Origin: Octopus sinensis
Lineage: Eukaryota
DNA length: 64,000 nt
Reading direction: 5' to 3'
NCBI RefSeq assembly: GCF_006345805.1
Contig: NC_043003.1
Coordinates: 38,564,001-38,628,000, forward strand
The notes under the pieces: model-generated
What the model saw: only the letters and a program-made list of their open reading frames with translations
Told to the model about the DNA's origin: nothing
The model's database searches: none
Shown here: piece by piece, positions 40,001 to 53,570 of the stretch
Layout: each line of letters opens with the position of its first letter
Numbering within the stretch: the stretch's first letter is position 1
Position numbers and translations under genes: made by a program

Positions 40001-41802
40001 AACCAAAGATCAGCTGAGGAGAAGTGGGCCATTGAAAAAATCAAACTCAACCCCAAAGTGTTCTTTTCATTTGCGAGGAAACGCAGGGTCACTGTCTCCA
40101 CTGTTGGCCCGCTAACTGATGAAAATGGCACTCTCCAAGATAATGCCAAATCCATGGCCGAGATACTGCAGAAACAATACTGCTCTGTTTTCAGCAATCC
40201 TGATATGGCCGATCTGGGCTGTATCAGTGATGTCAACCCCCAACACACTATATCGGACATAACGTTTAGTGCCCCTGATGTCTTAGCGGCGATAAACGAA
40301 ATAAAACACAATTCAGCAGTAGGCCCCGATAGGTTCCCTGCTTGTGTCCTGAAGGTGTGTCGACACCAACTTGCATCTCCCCTTGCTAATCTGTGGAGAA
40401 ACTCACTGGATGCTGGCTATATTCCAAAAAACCTTCTGTCCCAGTCTGTTGTCCCAGTTTTCAAAAAGGGAAACAAGTCCCTTGCAGTGAACTACCGTCC
40501 GATCTCACTCACCTCTCATATCATCAAGGTATTTGAGAGGGTGGTGAGATCTCGAATAACCCAATTTCTGGAAAGCAACAGACGGCTGATCTCTAACCAA
40601 CATGGGTTCTGTAATGGAAGGGACTACCTAACGCAGCTCCTGCATCACTTTGATGACATTTTGAGAGCTTTGGGAGAGGGCTCCAACACCGATGTCATCT
40701 ACCTTGATTTCAGTAAGGCCTTCGACAGGGTCGATCACAAGATCCTATTGAAAAAACTATCCAACATTGGTGTCTCTGGAAAGTTACTGAAATGGATCAA
40801 GTGTTTCCTGACAGACAGATCTCAACATGTTGTAGTTGAAGGGGTAAAATCAAGCCCAGCCAAAGTCAGTAGTAGCGTTCCGCAAGGCACTGTGCTGGGC
40901 CCACTTCTTTTCATCATTTACATTAATGACATTAATGACATCATCTAGCACAGCAACATAAAAATCTTTGCAGATGATTCCAAGCTACAGAAGGTCATAA
41001 ATGAGGCGAGTGACCGGACATGCCTTCAGTCAGATCTACTGGCTGTTATCCAATGGGCAGAAAAAAAACAATATGCTGCTGAACGAGGATAAATTTGAAT
41101 TAATCCACTTTGGAAATGAGGATGCCCTGAAACTCCCATACTCCCTTCCTTCAGGTGAAACTCTCGTGGTGTCCAACAACATCAGAGACTTGGGAGTAAT
41201 TGTGGACAACAACATAAGCTGGGCCACTCATATAAACACCAAAGTTGACATGGCCCGCAGAATGTGTTCCTGGATTCTCAGAACTTTCCAGTCGAGAGAT
41301 ATCCACACCATTATCCTTCTCTTCTCCACTTTTGCCCGACCCCACTTTGAATACTGTGGTCTCCCCACACAATACAAGGTATCATAAAAGTTGAAGCACC
41401 TCAAAGGGCAATCACAAAAAAGATAGATGGCATGACAGGCCTCGACTATTGGGGTCAACTAGAAAAGCTAAAACTCTATTCTCTCCAACGTCGTCGTGAG
41501 CGCTACATCATCTGCATGATGTGGAAAATATTCCATCAGCATTGCCCAAATGATGTTGGCATCACCTTTAAGGTACATCCAAGGCTTGGGCCCCATGCCA
41601 TCCGCCCAAAACAAAAATCGCACTCTCATCGCATAACAACAATACGGCACAATTATTTCACCTCAATTGGCCCCGCTCTCTTTAACATTACACCAAAACA
41701 CATTAAAAAAGAAACTGACCCTATAGGGTTCAAGAAGTCTTTGGACAGATTCCTTCAAGAAATCCCGGATAAACCCCCTACACCCGGATATGTCTCTGTA
41801 AA
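40001..41802 (+). mobile_element. CR1/L2-like (Jockey superclade) non-LTR retrotransposon ORF2 fragment (reverse transcriptase), truncated at both ends
   Basis: RT motifs NYRPISLTS, QHGF, VIYLDFSKAFDRVDH, VPQGTVLGPLLFIIYIND, FADD (40967-40978) and RDLGVIVD. In-frame TAG at 40946-40948, +1 frameshift in the A8 run at 41061-41068, second frameshift near 41355. CpG-rich and embedded in (TA)n. Confidence 0.93.
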
Positions 41803-41834
41803 GTATCAAAGTATATATTATATATATACGTATA

Positions 41835-42045
41835 GATGTAAGTATATACATATATGTATGTATATATGCAAGTATGTAAATATATGTATGTATATAAGCA
41901 AGTATGTAAATATATGTATGTATATATGCAAGTATGTAAATATATGTATGTATATATGCAAGTATGTACATACACGTATGTATATATGCAAGTATGTACA
42001 TACACGTATGTATATATGCAAGTATGTACATACACGTATGTATAT
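41835..42045. repeat. 30-bp minisatellite (aagtatgtaaatatatgtatgtatatatgc) at the LINE 3' junction
   Basis: About 6-7 units; the later ones carry a catacacg variant. Confidence 0.9.
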
Positions 42046-42309
42046 ATATATTATTTATATTATATCATATATATATATATATATTAGTTTTCCCATAGGT
42101 TACACATATATACCAAGGCTTTGCTTTACAGACAGATGCCTTTCCTGCCGTTAACCCTTACCTGTTTTTTTGACACTGCATGTCTCTTGATATGTGATAA
42201 ACAGATAAACTGGCGAACTAGCAGAATCATTAGACTTTCAGGAAAAAATACCTTGCAGTATCTCCTCCAGCTATGTTTTAAGTTCAAATCTCACTGGAGT
42301 AATATTATA

Positions 42310-42768
42310 GGCACAATCGTGGCAGTGGGGTTAAGAGGTTTGATTTTCAACCACATGGTTTTGGCAAGTTCAGTTCCATTGAGGGACACCTTGGCCGAGT
42401 GTCCTCTTCTACTTTTGTCCCGGGTCAAAGCTCAGCAAGTGAAATAGACAGAAGGAAACTGAAAGAAGGCCATCATACACATAAGGAGATGTAGATATAC
42501 AATTTTTTGTATGTGTCTGTGTGAGTGCTTTTGTCTCTCTTTGTCTTGACATAGCAGGATAGTTGTAAATGAATGTCACTGTCATGCAAGCAGTGTCATT
42601 CATTTCGAACAGTGTGAGAAGTTGTGTCTGGCCATGGTTAAAAATTACCTTGCTTGGAAATAGGTATGGGTTGGTGAGAGGAAGGACATCCAGCCATAGA
42701 AATCTGTTTCAATAAACTCCATCTGGCTAAGCAAACATGGAAAAGGTAATGTTAAAATGATGATAATG
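42310..42768 (+). mobile_element. SINE with tRNA-derived head and aggaagggcatccagc/(GAT)n-type tail
   Basis: Head like the 61716 family, 3' end like the (GAT)n-tailed family; related copies at ~1077-1420 and ~42800-43130. Confidence 0.6.
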
Positions 42769-43290
42769 AGATAAATTAGGCAGGTAAATAGATAGGCATA
42801 GATGTGGCTGTGTTGAATAGACTGCTTCCCAGTCTTGTGATTTTTGGTTTCAGGCTAGTGAATGGATTTGGTAAAGAGAAACTGAAAGAAGCCCATCACG
42901 TACATAAATTTAGGTTTGCGTGTTTACCCTTGTAAAGACCATCTTGTGCAGCTTATGAATGAGTAACATCATCATAGAATACAGCCTTCTGTGAAATTAC
43001 ATCTGACCACAGGATAATATGGTTTGGGACAGGCAGCAGTTGGCAACAGGAAATGCATCCAGCTATAGAAAAAGTCTGCCTCAACTAATTCTGTCTGACC
43101 CATGCTAAGATAGGAAGATGGATGTTAAGATTATAATATATATGTTTACAAATGTATACTGTTTGGTGTAGTAAAATCTTTGTGTAAGTGTAGCTAAGCA
43201 TATTTGTATAAAATGTGTTCTTTTTTAAGCCATTTAATGTAGTGTATATATTTATATCCTATACATGCAAACACACACATATACATTCAC

Positions 43291-43441
43291 GTTGGCGTTA
43301 GGAAGGGCATCCAGCTGTAGAAACACTGCCACATCTGACTGGCCTGGTGCAGCCTTCGGGCTTCCCAGACCCCAGTTGAACCGTCCAACCCATGCTAGCA
43401 TGGAAAGCGGACGTTAAACGATGATGATGATGATGATGATG
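43291..43441 (+). mobile_element. (GAT)n-tailed SINE-like element, 5'-truncated, young
   Basis: Near-identical to the 3' part of 45344-45648, with a long (GAT)n tail. Confidence 0.85.
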
Positions 43442-44389
43442 ACATATGTACATCTATATACCAGGGTGTCAACTAACTTGAATGAAAATGTTAAAAACAC
43501 CACAGAAATGTTGGAAAATGGTAGTAAATTCTGGGAAAAAATTAGCGATGTAATTAGCATAAATTATAATAGCTGTTTACAATTTTTGAGTAGGTTTATA
43601 TATCATTGCATTTATTAATGTATAAAACTCACTTTTTTTTCTTAGATATTGAAACTGGATACTAGATGGTGTATGTTATACATGAGAACTAGCTTAGTGC
43701 AAAAGTAATTGTAGATTTTATAGTATTTGTGTATGCATGGCACCTTGTACAATAGCCCTGGGTTGACAAAAGTATTAAATAGATTTGATAGACAGAAACT
43801 GAAAGATGCCTGTCTTGTGTTGGATAGTTTGACAAGGATTCAATGAACTAAAGGACTGCATTGTGCTCCAATGTCTGCTTTTGGCATGGTTTCTATAACT
43901 GGATGCCCTTCCTAAAGCCAACCATTTTACAGTGTGTACAGAGTGCTTTTTGTCATGGCACCAGCACTGTTGAGGTCACCATGTATCTTGCAAGTCAATA
44001 AACCTAGGGAGGGAGAATGTAGCATCCACATGTTAGATGGGGGTTAATTAAGGTAAGAGGGAAGGGGTTGAGGTAGAACAGGCTCTCATTGGCGAGGAGC
44101 TACATGGCTACACATATTTAGAAAACGGAGTAAGAATGAATTTATTCCAAGGAAATAGACAGGTGATGAGGTGGCCATGTGGCATCTTAGGTAGCAGAGG
44201 TAGTAGTGAGTGGAGAGAGTGGTGTTGTTTATATATGTATGTATTCACTTTGAGGATGGCCAAATGGATGGACTCTGATGAAGCTGCACCGATAATAATG
44301 CAAGGCTGCTTCTGCAACTATGGGTAGTCGGTGCAGTACAAAATTATAAAAGAAAATTTTGTGGATGAACAAGTCTTCATACTCTTTAA

Positions 44390-44801
44390 ATCGATCAATG
44401 GAAATTGCAGATGTGTTACCAGTGCTGGTGGCATGTAAGAGAACCTTCCGTTTCGCGACCGTTGCCAGCGCCGCCCTGACTGGCCTCGTGCCGGTGGCAC
44501 GTAAAAAGCACCATCCGTTCGTGTCCGTTGCCAGCCTCGCCTGGCCCTCGTGCTGGTGGCACATAAAAAGCACCATCCGTTCGTGGCCGTTTGCCAGCTC
44601 TGTCTGGCACCTGTGCGGGTGGCACGTAAAAAGCACCCACTACACTCACGGAGTGGTTGGCGTTAGGAAGGGCATCCAGCCATAGAAACACTGCCAGATT
44701 TGACTGGGCCTGATGAAGCCTTCTGGCTTCACAGACCCCAGTAGAACCGTCCAACCCATGCTAGCATGGAAAACGGACACTAAACGATGATGATGATGAT
44801 G
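44390..44801 (+). mobile_element. (GAT)n-tailed SINE-like element with divergent internal array
   Basis: Repeated ggtggcacgtaaaaagcaccatccg units, shared core and tail. Confidence 0.85.
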
Positions 44802-44804
44802 AAT

Positions 44805-44874
<70 letters not shown>

Positions 44875-45343
44875 TAAGGACCAAGATATCTGTCAAAATG
44901 ACTAGTCTGCCACAGTAGAATTTATGCTGGTTCTGGGGTCACATAAAAAGCATGGTGCTAGTGGCACATTAAAAGCACTGGTGCCACTTAAAAAGCACCC
45001 ATTACACTCTGTGAAGTGGTTGGTGTTAGGAAGAGCATCCAACCATAGAAACCATGCCAGAACAGACAATGGTGTCTGGTGTAGCCATTGGCTTCAAAGC
45101 TAGTCTCCATGCCTTGACATTGTATGACAGTAGTGAGGGTCACCATCATGTAAGCAGTGTCCACTTGTATGAGACAGTGACATTCATTTACAACCACTAT
45201 ACTATGTCAAGGAGGCAATAACGTACATATATTGTGGTAAGAAGTTTGCTTCCAACTGTATGTACCAGGTTCAGTCCCACTGCATGGCACCTTGGGCCAA
45301 CCAAAGCCTTGAGATTGAATTTGGCAGACAAACTTGTGTGTGT

Positions 45344-45648
45344 GTGGCACATAAAATACACCATCCGAGCGTGGCTGTTCACCAGCCTCGTCTGGCACCT
45401 GTGTCGGTGGCACATAAAAAACACCATCCGAGCGTAGCCGTTCGCCAGCCTTGTCTGGCACCTGTGTCGGTGGCACATAAAAAGCACCCACTACACTCAC
45501 GGAGTGGTTGGCGTTAGGAAGGGCATCCAGCTGTAGAAACACTGCCAGATCTGACTGGCCTGGTGCAGCCTTCGGGCTTCCCAGACCCCAGTTGAACCAT
45601 CCAACCCATGCTATCATGTAAAGCGGACGTTAAACGATGATGATGATG
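45344..45648 (+). mobile_element. (GAT)n-tailed SINE-like element with two 63-bp units, nested in a tRNA-derived SINE
   Basis: The host SINE head (~45230-45343) and tail (~45650-45875) flank it. Confidence 0.85.
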
Positions 45649-45887
45649 AATATATAGTGTGAATATTTTTGTGTCTGTGTTTGTTCCTCAGCACTGATTG
45701 ACAACAAGTGTTCATGTGTTTAACTTAACATATAACCTAGCGATTCAGCAATAAGAATCCGATAAAATAAGTACCAGAATTAAAATAAAAGTACTGGTCG
45801 ATTAGGTCAACTAAAATTTTTCAGGGCAGTGCCCTGGCATATTGCAGTCTGATGACTGAAACAAGTAAAAGATAAAATATATACATA

Positions 45888-46238
45888 GGCGCAGGCCTGG
45901 CTGTGTGGTAAGAAGCTTGCTTCCCAACCACATGGTTTCGGGTTCGGTCGCACTGCGTAGCACCCTGGGCAAGTGTCTTCTATTAAAGCATTGAGTGGAT
46001 TTGGTAGAAAGAAACCGAAACGGGCACGTCATATATATGCATATATGTGTGTGTTTGTATCAGTTTGTCCCTCATCACCGCTTGACAACCGGTACTAGTG
46101 TGTTTACGTCCCCGTAACTTAGCGGTTCAGCAAAACAGACCGATAAAATAAGTACCAGGCTTATAAAAAGTACTGGGGTCGATACATTCGACTGAAAATT
46201 CTTCGAGGCGGTGCTCCAGCATGGCCGCAGTCTAATGA
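45888..46238 (+). mobile_element. tRNA-derived SINE, same family as 61716-62100
   Basis: ggcgcaggcctggctgtgtggtaag head and shared tail. Confidence 0.85.
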
Positions 46239-46250
46239 CAATATATATAT

Positions 46251-46296
<46 letters not shown>

Positions 46297-49200
46297 CACA
46301 CACACACACACACACAGAGGTGCGACGAACTTCTTTCAATTTCATTCAACGAAATCCACTCCCAGGGCTTTGATTGGCCTAGGGCTGTAGTAGAAGATAC
46401 TTGTCTTAGGTGCTATGCAGTGAGACTAACTCGAAACCATGTGGTTGGAATCCAAACTTTCTTACCATACAACCAATTACATAAAAACAAAAACATGTAT
46501 AGACATACATATACATGCATATATACATACATATACACAAACATACATGCATATCATACATATATACACACACATGCATATATACATGGACACACACATT
46601 ATGAGAGCGTGTAAAAATCCCTTTTTTTATATAGATGAAGCTTAACTCTTATAAAAGTTACAAAAGGGTAAAGGGAAACTTAATAGACATGATGTTATTG
46701 TTAGTAATGTGACATACAGCAATGCATAAGCGCAGTTTTCGGTGACAAAAAGTCAGCGTTCGACGAAAACAAACCTACACGACACGGACAATAATCACGC
46801 CATCGATACAGACACTACAACCGGGAACCTCTATGCGGCCTTTTGACTTGCTAGAGATAGCAGCCAAATTTCACTCGATTCATATTGCAAATGCAGTCCT
46901 GGTTCCAGTGAGCATCGGGAAACGATGAGACGGTCGTAGCTAGGATGTCTTACATCATAGTCTGCTCAGTCAGAGTTGACAACGGGCTAAACATCAGTTA
47001 CAACCGGAAACCCAATACATGGTCACTCTACCTGCTAGAAATAGCAATCAAAAGGACACTATCGTCGTAGAGAGTATTCCCAGTACAAAAGGACTGGATG
47101 GCCACAACTTGAAAAGCTTTTGAACTCCATTAGTCCCGATCTAGAACTTAACAACTACAGCGAGCCATCGAAGTAGCTTTGGTGTAGTTACTGGCCCTGC
47201 TAGAAAACTACAACTTAAGATAATCCAATGCGTTCTTGGATTACTTAATTTGGATTACACAATTAAAAAAAAATACATGTAATGGTCATATCTCGAACGT
47301 CTTTCAAAATAAAAAAAATAAACTTGCTGTCAGGGCCGATTTGGAGCCAAAATTGAAACAACTTATTAGGAAAGATTTATTGGTGTTGCAAAGCTTTCTA
47401 GAAAGAAATATTAGCCAAATCTTCAGATTTAAAACAAAGAAGATAATGAATAACATCGTCTTAAGATAGACTCGGGTTGGGGAGATAAAAACAGGTCTGT
47501 CCTGGCTGGAACGCCTTTGATCATATTCAGAGAAGTAAAAAAAATAACCCATCCTTTCTTAGTCGGCGTAGGATGGGTTTGACTTTGATGATGTTCCTTA
47601 CAGAAAGTACAATAAATTTTGACCAAACGCATTTTGGACGTAGTCACGTTCATGCTTTTCCCCTGATGCCATTTCCGAGACACTTTTTCTTAATTTTTGT
47701 TCGTTTTACAAATTAAAAGATTAATTGTTGTGTTGTTTTTTTTAATAGATAGACACATTGATTATAAATGAATCGAAATTTTCCCCCAACTGCACCAATA
47801 TTTATCCCATCACCTTCAACAGAATGAGGTAGTGAAGTAGCGAATTCGATATTGCAAAACATCTGGTTCGATTAATCGACACTACTAATAATAATGATTT
47901 CTGATTTATGCATAAGGTTAAACAATTCTGAGGGGAAAGGAGTTAGTACTTAACTGATAGGTACTTTTTTTCATCGACCCTGTAAGTCGAAGTTAACCTC
48001 GGCGGGTCGGTGACATATACAGCGACATTACAAGGACAGGTCACAAAAAAAGTCTACGTGAGGACGGTTACATTAAAATCGGATGATTTTTAAGATAAAG
48101 GGGAGGAGTGGTAACAGCATAAACATGCGTGATTGAGTCAAGAGACAAGAAAACCCCTTCAATAACAGGATCACGGACAGAAATTTTCAGGATTATGGGC
48201 TGAACCACAAATACTCGACTGCCTATATTTTATCAACCACCCAGGTTTGGACTCAGAAAGTACAAGGACGAAATACTGACCACCGCAATCTCTCCCTCTC
48301 TTTCAGCTTGTTTCTGTGATACATCGTCCTCAGAAATATGATTTATCACATCGACACATGTAAAAAGGGGAACTGGCATAGAAAATTGAATTGACTCCTC
48401 TGCATTTTACTCAAACTCATACTATCGACTTCCAGTGCGATGAGAGGCAAACTAACAACCAACTATAATGAACATCATCTAAGTTCGAGCATCACTACCC
48501 TACCATGCTGAAGAAGGAAGGAAAGAAAGAAAAGAAAGAGAGAGAGAAAACTATGTTCGAGACATCGGTGGAATGAAAAGCTACGGGCGGGAATGGAAAC
48601 CGGATTGTGAATGCAGTCGTCTAAATGATACAATACAATATGGTTGAGAGAGAGAGAAACAGACAGAGAGAAAGATAGGAGACAAATAAAACAAAGAGAT
48701 AATGTCATGAATAAAGAAGAGAGATTTAACTCACAATGTGTGTCTCCTGTTTTGGAGGTTGCTGTTTTATGTATTACACATTGAGGGACAACGAAATATA
48801 CATCTGGTGTCAGTGAGGTGGAGGGACAGAGAGATTAGGAGGAGAGAGAGAGAGAGGGAGGGAGGGAGAGAGAGACAGAGAAGTGAATAGTAGTGGTAGT
48901 AGAGGGAGATAGAGGTAAAGAGAAAGAGAGAATAGGATGGGTGAGAACGAGAGTGTATGTACGAGTGGGTAGGTAGGTGCAAATGAATGTGTGTGTATGT
49001 GTGTTTTTTAACACACATACACGATGAGGAGTTAAAACGACATGGTTGGAATCATTTGGGTCGTGTTTCGGCTGAATGACACGCACAATTTTGCCCTTTT
49101 ACAAATGTACACACTTCGGTGTGCGCATGTGTGTGTATATATATATATACATACATACATGCACGCAGAAGTATATATATACATATACGCAAACACTTGA

Positions 49201-52200
49201 ACGCAAGGTTAATATATAATGTCGGTGTCTCGGAGAAGGGCAGGCGGAAGAACGTCAAAGAAGTTGGCATGGACTGACAAACCCTAAAATGCGGTGAAGA
49301 GAGGAATCATACACTAGAGGTTGGGGGAAATGACACAGCGTATTAACAGACTGACAGAGACAAACAGGGAAGTTGATGGAAACTGGACACGGAATAAAAA
49401 ATAATCACAAGGGACAGGCAGTGTCTATAGTGGTCAGGTTTCAGTAAAGGGATGTCTCCGTGCTTGCTGTCTCGGACTATAGCGGACAGCTGGTCAGATA
49501 CAGTTTTCTCTGCAATACCCTTGAAGTGGACATCGACTAAAGTTAGCTTTTACAGTGGATGATAGTCAATAACAATCACAATAATGTCATGGTAGAGAAA
49601 CTATAAAACTAGAAGAGAAATTAGGAATGCTGCCGTCAGGTGTAAAATATGTATGAAGCATTAAAATCATTGGAGTGTGACCGATATGGAGACAACGAAA
49701 TAAATCTTGGTCAGAATGTTAACATATATATATAAATATATATATATCAATGTGCTGTTAGATGCATCAGGCTTTGGTTAAAGAACAGCTAAACCATGGG
49801 TTTTTATCGGTAGTGAGCAGTGTATATGTGAACGAAATGACAGTGTGACATAGAGAAACCATAAATATGGTTGACAAAAAAAAAACGGGAGAGCAGTGTT
49901 TAGACATATGTTGAATGTCGACTGATGGCTGCTCCTCCACCAGTGTAATTTAGAAGTCGGTTGCACAACAAGAGCATACGACAACAGTCCCAAGACAATA
50001 GCTAGCTGACCGTTAGCTTTGAACACACATCGCTTTATTTTCCGTCGTCGTGTCACCAGCATCATAACATTACCATCGGTTTGTTCCCGTTGACCATATT
50101 GTCATCGGTGTCCATCTGATTCTTCTCTATGGAAACTACTCACACCATTTCCAGAACTATTGGTGACCATAGATCGTGATAAAACTGATAGCGGGTGAAT
50201 TAAAGCCAGATGGAGTGTACATTCTATGTATTACAGAAAATGAGTTTTTATGTATGGTGTACGTACATATATATATATATGCACGGTAGATAAATGTACG
50301 AAGTGTGAATGAAATGTGTGCAAATGCATGACGGCGTGTATACACGAACAATGTGTATAGCATACCATACACAGCATATGAGAGCATGTTAAGAAAATAT
50401 ACATACGTATGATGCTATGGAAATAAACTTTAATAACAACGATACAATGTGACAAGGCCATTTCTTTCGGTCGATGAAGCGTAACGTTGTTTGTTTAAAC
50501 CGACTGGTACATATTTTATCGACAAATTTCATAGAAAATAACTATAAAATAGCAATGGTATAAAGACAAACGAAAAGTTTTGTTGAAATTTTTCTTGTGG
50601 TTCTATCATTTTAAAACACATTTAGACATTTATGGTAATAATCTATTCTAGACAAAATTCGGTTCTCCGTAATAAAGCATGTCGTGTCGTTCAGACGTTC
50701 TGTAACATAATTAAGCTTAGTAAACTAATTGAACAGACAACAGCTTTTACATTTAGGTAAAAAAAAAACAACAAAAAAACTTCAAATTTATAATCAAACC
50801 GAAAGACTAATTTGAAATTTAATACATTCAATATTTCAGATAAACTTCGCATTTCCACTAATTGCTTTATTTAAAGGGGTGTAGTAGAATACTTTTTCAT
50901 TAAATGTGTGTAAAAATACTAATATCTTTCCGTAGGTCTTGTTAATTTTAAGTGACGAAAAAACTTTTCATTGTAATTACTTGTTATTCAATATAATTAA
51001 TAACATTATCCGAAACAAAAACAAAAGAAACAAACTATTTTCTCTCATTCGGATCGACCACAAAAATGTCTCATGCACTATATCTAATTTCACTTTTAAA
51101 AGATTCTCTAACAAATATATCTAACGGATGTTCAACAATTTGGACATTTAAAATTTTTTTTTTTCTTTTTCAATGTAAATTTTACAAACAGTTTTCAGGG
51201 TACTGGATGAAAGCTCGGACAATCTAACTGAATATATAGGAATTTATAGATGCTTGTTCTAATGTTGAAGCGGCGGAAGTGGGGGGGGGCTACTTTCAAA
51301 GAAAAACGTATTATGGTACATAACCGATCAACCATAACGTCAATTTTATGTAATACTCTGTATGTAAAACCAATGAAAAGTACAGGACCAGTGGGGAAAT
51401 GGAAATAGAGAGTGGGAAGTTGGGATGTACATGCGTTGCTTTTCTTTATTCGACTCTGCCATAGCCGCTTGTCATGGTTATACTTCAATGGATGAGAGCG
51501 GTCACAGTTGAGTTATACGAACTCACTTATCTTACCGGTATTTCTCCGTTGTTGCTTTTGTTTAGCCCCAGGCAAACTTCACCGGGCAGACTTATGATTA
51601 ACTACAATTCCAACCATGGCCATCCCAAGTATTACTATTTCTATTCTTTCCTTTTTGTTTCGGGGAAAAGTGTAGTAGTGTACAATGAACATTCAACAAA
51701 CCGAGGTGTCTGTCCCCTTCTAAAACAGTAGGATTATTTCGCTGCTATTGTCAACAGACTGACCGACCACGCATGGTAGGTCGGTAAGTTGGAAGGTTGT
51801 GGGAGATGATAAAAAGACTACCACAACACGGACGGGAATCGAACTCGAACGCATTGAAACAGAATACATATATACACAGATTATTATAACAAAATAAAAA
51901 CAATAATCCCTTATATATATATATATATTAATCAGAAACAGGTACCCAGGTTACATAATTTGTCATGGGTTCGGGTTGCCGTTTTCTAAAAAAAAAATCA
52001 ACTGCACAACATGTCTGGTACTTATAACTTATCACCCTCCACTTCACACACGTACAAAAAGGGCTTCGGGGAGACTGATGTAACTTTGCCTTAGCTCAAA
52101 AGGCCAAAAAGGGGAGGGCATGAACATCATGCAATCTCAAAAATAACAGCCATGGAGAGAGAATAAATCACGTATATATGCAAAATACAAAAAAAAAGAC

Positions 52201-52723
52201 CCCATACATTTTAAATACACAAACATTTAATATTAACACTCACACACACACACACATAGATTGATATAATTAACACGCGCGCATACACGTATTTTGATTA
52301 TACACACTTCGAGGCGAGACAGATAAGAAAATATATTTGCATATCTTCATGGAGGGATTTTCTTCAGGGAAACTACGTTCTTCCCAATACATAACATAAT
52401 ATAATTTATATATATATATACACGTCTACTGCAAAGGATTTTCTCTTAAATAGCTGTTTACCCAGTTCCGCACATACGTACATATATACATACATAATTA
52501 TATATATATATATATACACACACACACTTTAGAATATTGAGCAATAAATACTTTAAAAGATGTGAAGTATATACACACTATCTGTTTTATATACATATAT
52601 ATATATATATATATATTTAAACACAAACATATACATGTATATTTTTTTTGTTTACTGGTTTTAGTCATTAGACCATACTGGAGCACACACATTATATATA
52701 TATATGTGTGTATGTATAAATAT

Positions 52724-52755
<32 letters not shown>

Positions 52756-52872
52756 AACGTTTAACCCGGCGTGGTGATATTTAACATAATCAATGCTTGA
52801 GGAATAACGAACAATATTGAAGATGAAATGAAATAACATAAGATAGATAATACATAAAACATGTTAACTCAC

Positions 52873-53250
52873 AATTGAAAATATTATCTTTAGTAGCAGT
52901 AGTAGTTGTAGTAGTAGTCTGTATTCGGTGAGAAGTAGTAGTAGTAATAATAATAATAATTAACTGAAACGACGATGAGGATAGAGAAAAGTGAAAGCAC
53001 AGCGGCGGCGGTTTGTAGTAATAATAATAATAAAACAGAGAAATATAGACCAAAATATATTATATGTGGATATATTTATAAAGTCCTGTCTTTTTCAAAA
53101 GATTCAAAGCTGTTTTTTGCTTTTTTTTTTTCTAAATTAATGCTGTTTTCTCTTTTAGGGTTGTTATTGTGGGTTATTTTTTTTTAAATAAACTCGTCAA
53201 GGTGGAGTTAGAAACATGGAACAGAGAAACAGACCACCGGCCCACGTGAC
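52873..53250 (-). promoter_or_regulatory. Possible non-coding 5' exon/promoter (orientation ambiguous)
   Basis: Minus-strand donor ATT|GTGAGT at 52873/52872, E-box CACGTG at 53243-53248, CpG-rich trinucleotide runs typical of 5' UTRs. A plus-strand acceptor at ~53159 followed by ATG 53216 is a competing reading. Confidence 0.25.
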
Positions 53251-53334
53251 CGACTCACTGCAGCAGCATCAGCAGCAGCAGTACAATCCTCCCCCTCTTA
53301 CCTCCTCTCTCATCGTCGTCGTCGTCGCTGCCAC

Positions 53335-53570
53335 CCACACCGCCACAACCTGCATTGTTTCCTCCTCCTCTCCTCCCCTTCTCTGTTCACCCCCGATCTC
53401 CAACCTCTCGCCATCGCCACCACCACCACTTGCATTGTTTCTCCTTCTACCCCCTCTCTGTTCTCCTGATCTCCACTCTTCGCCGCCGCCACCACTCCCA
53501 CCTGCATTGTTTCTTCTCCCTCTCTTTGTTCCCCCCACTCTCCAATCCCCGCCGTCACCATCACCACCGA
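53335..53570. repeat. Three diverged ~70-bp C-rich tandem units (cacc...tgcattgtttc...ctctgttc...ctcca)
   Basis: The tgcattgtttc anchor occurs three times. Confidence 0.75.

Noticed and set aside
47236-47683. Several 77-84 aa ORFs in CpG-rich DNA
   Set aside because: They have no motifs, poor splice signals and partial overlap with a short repeat.
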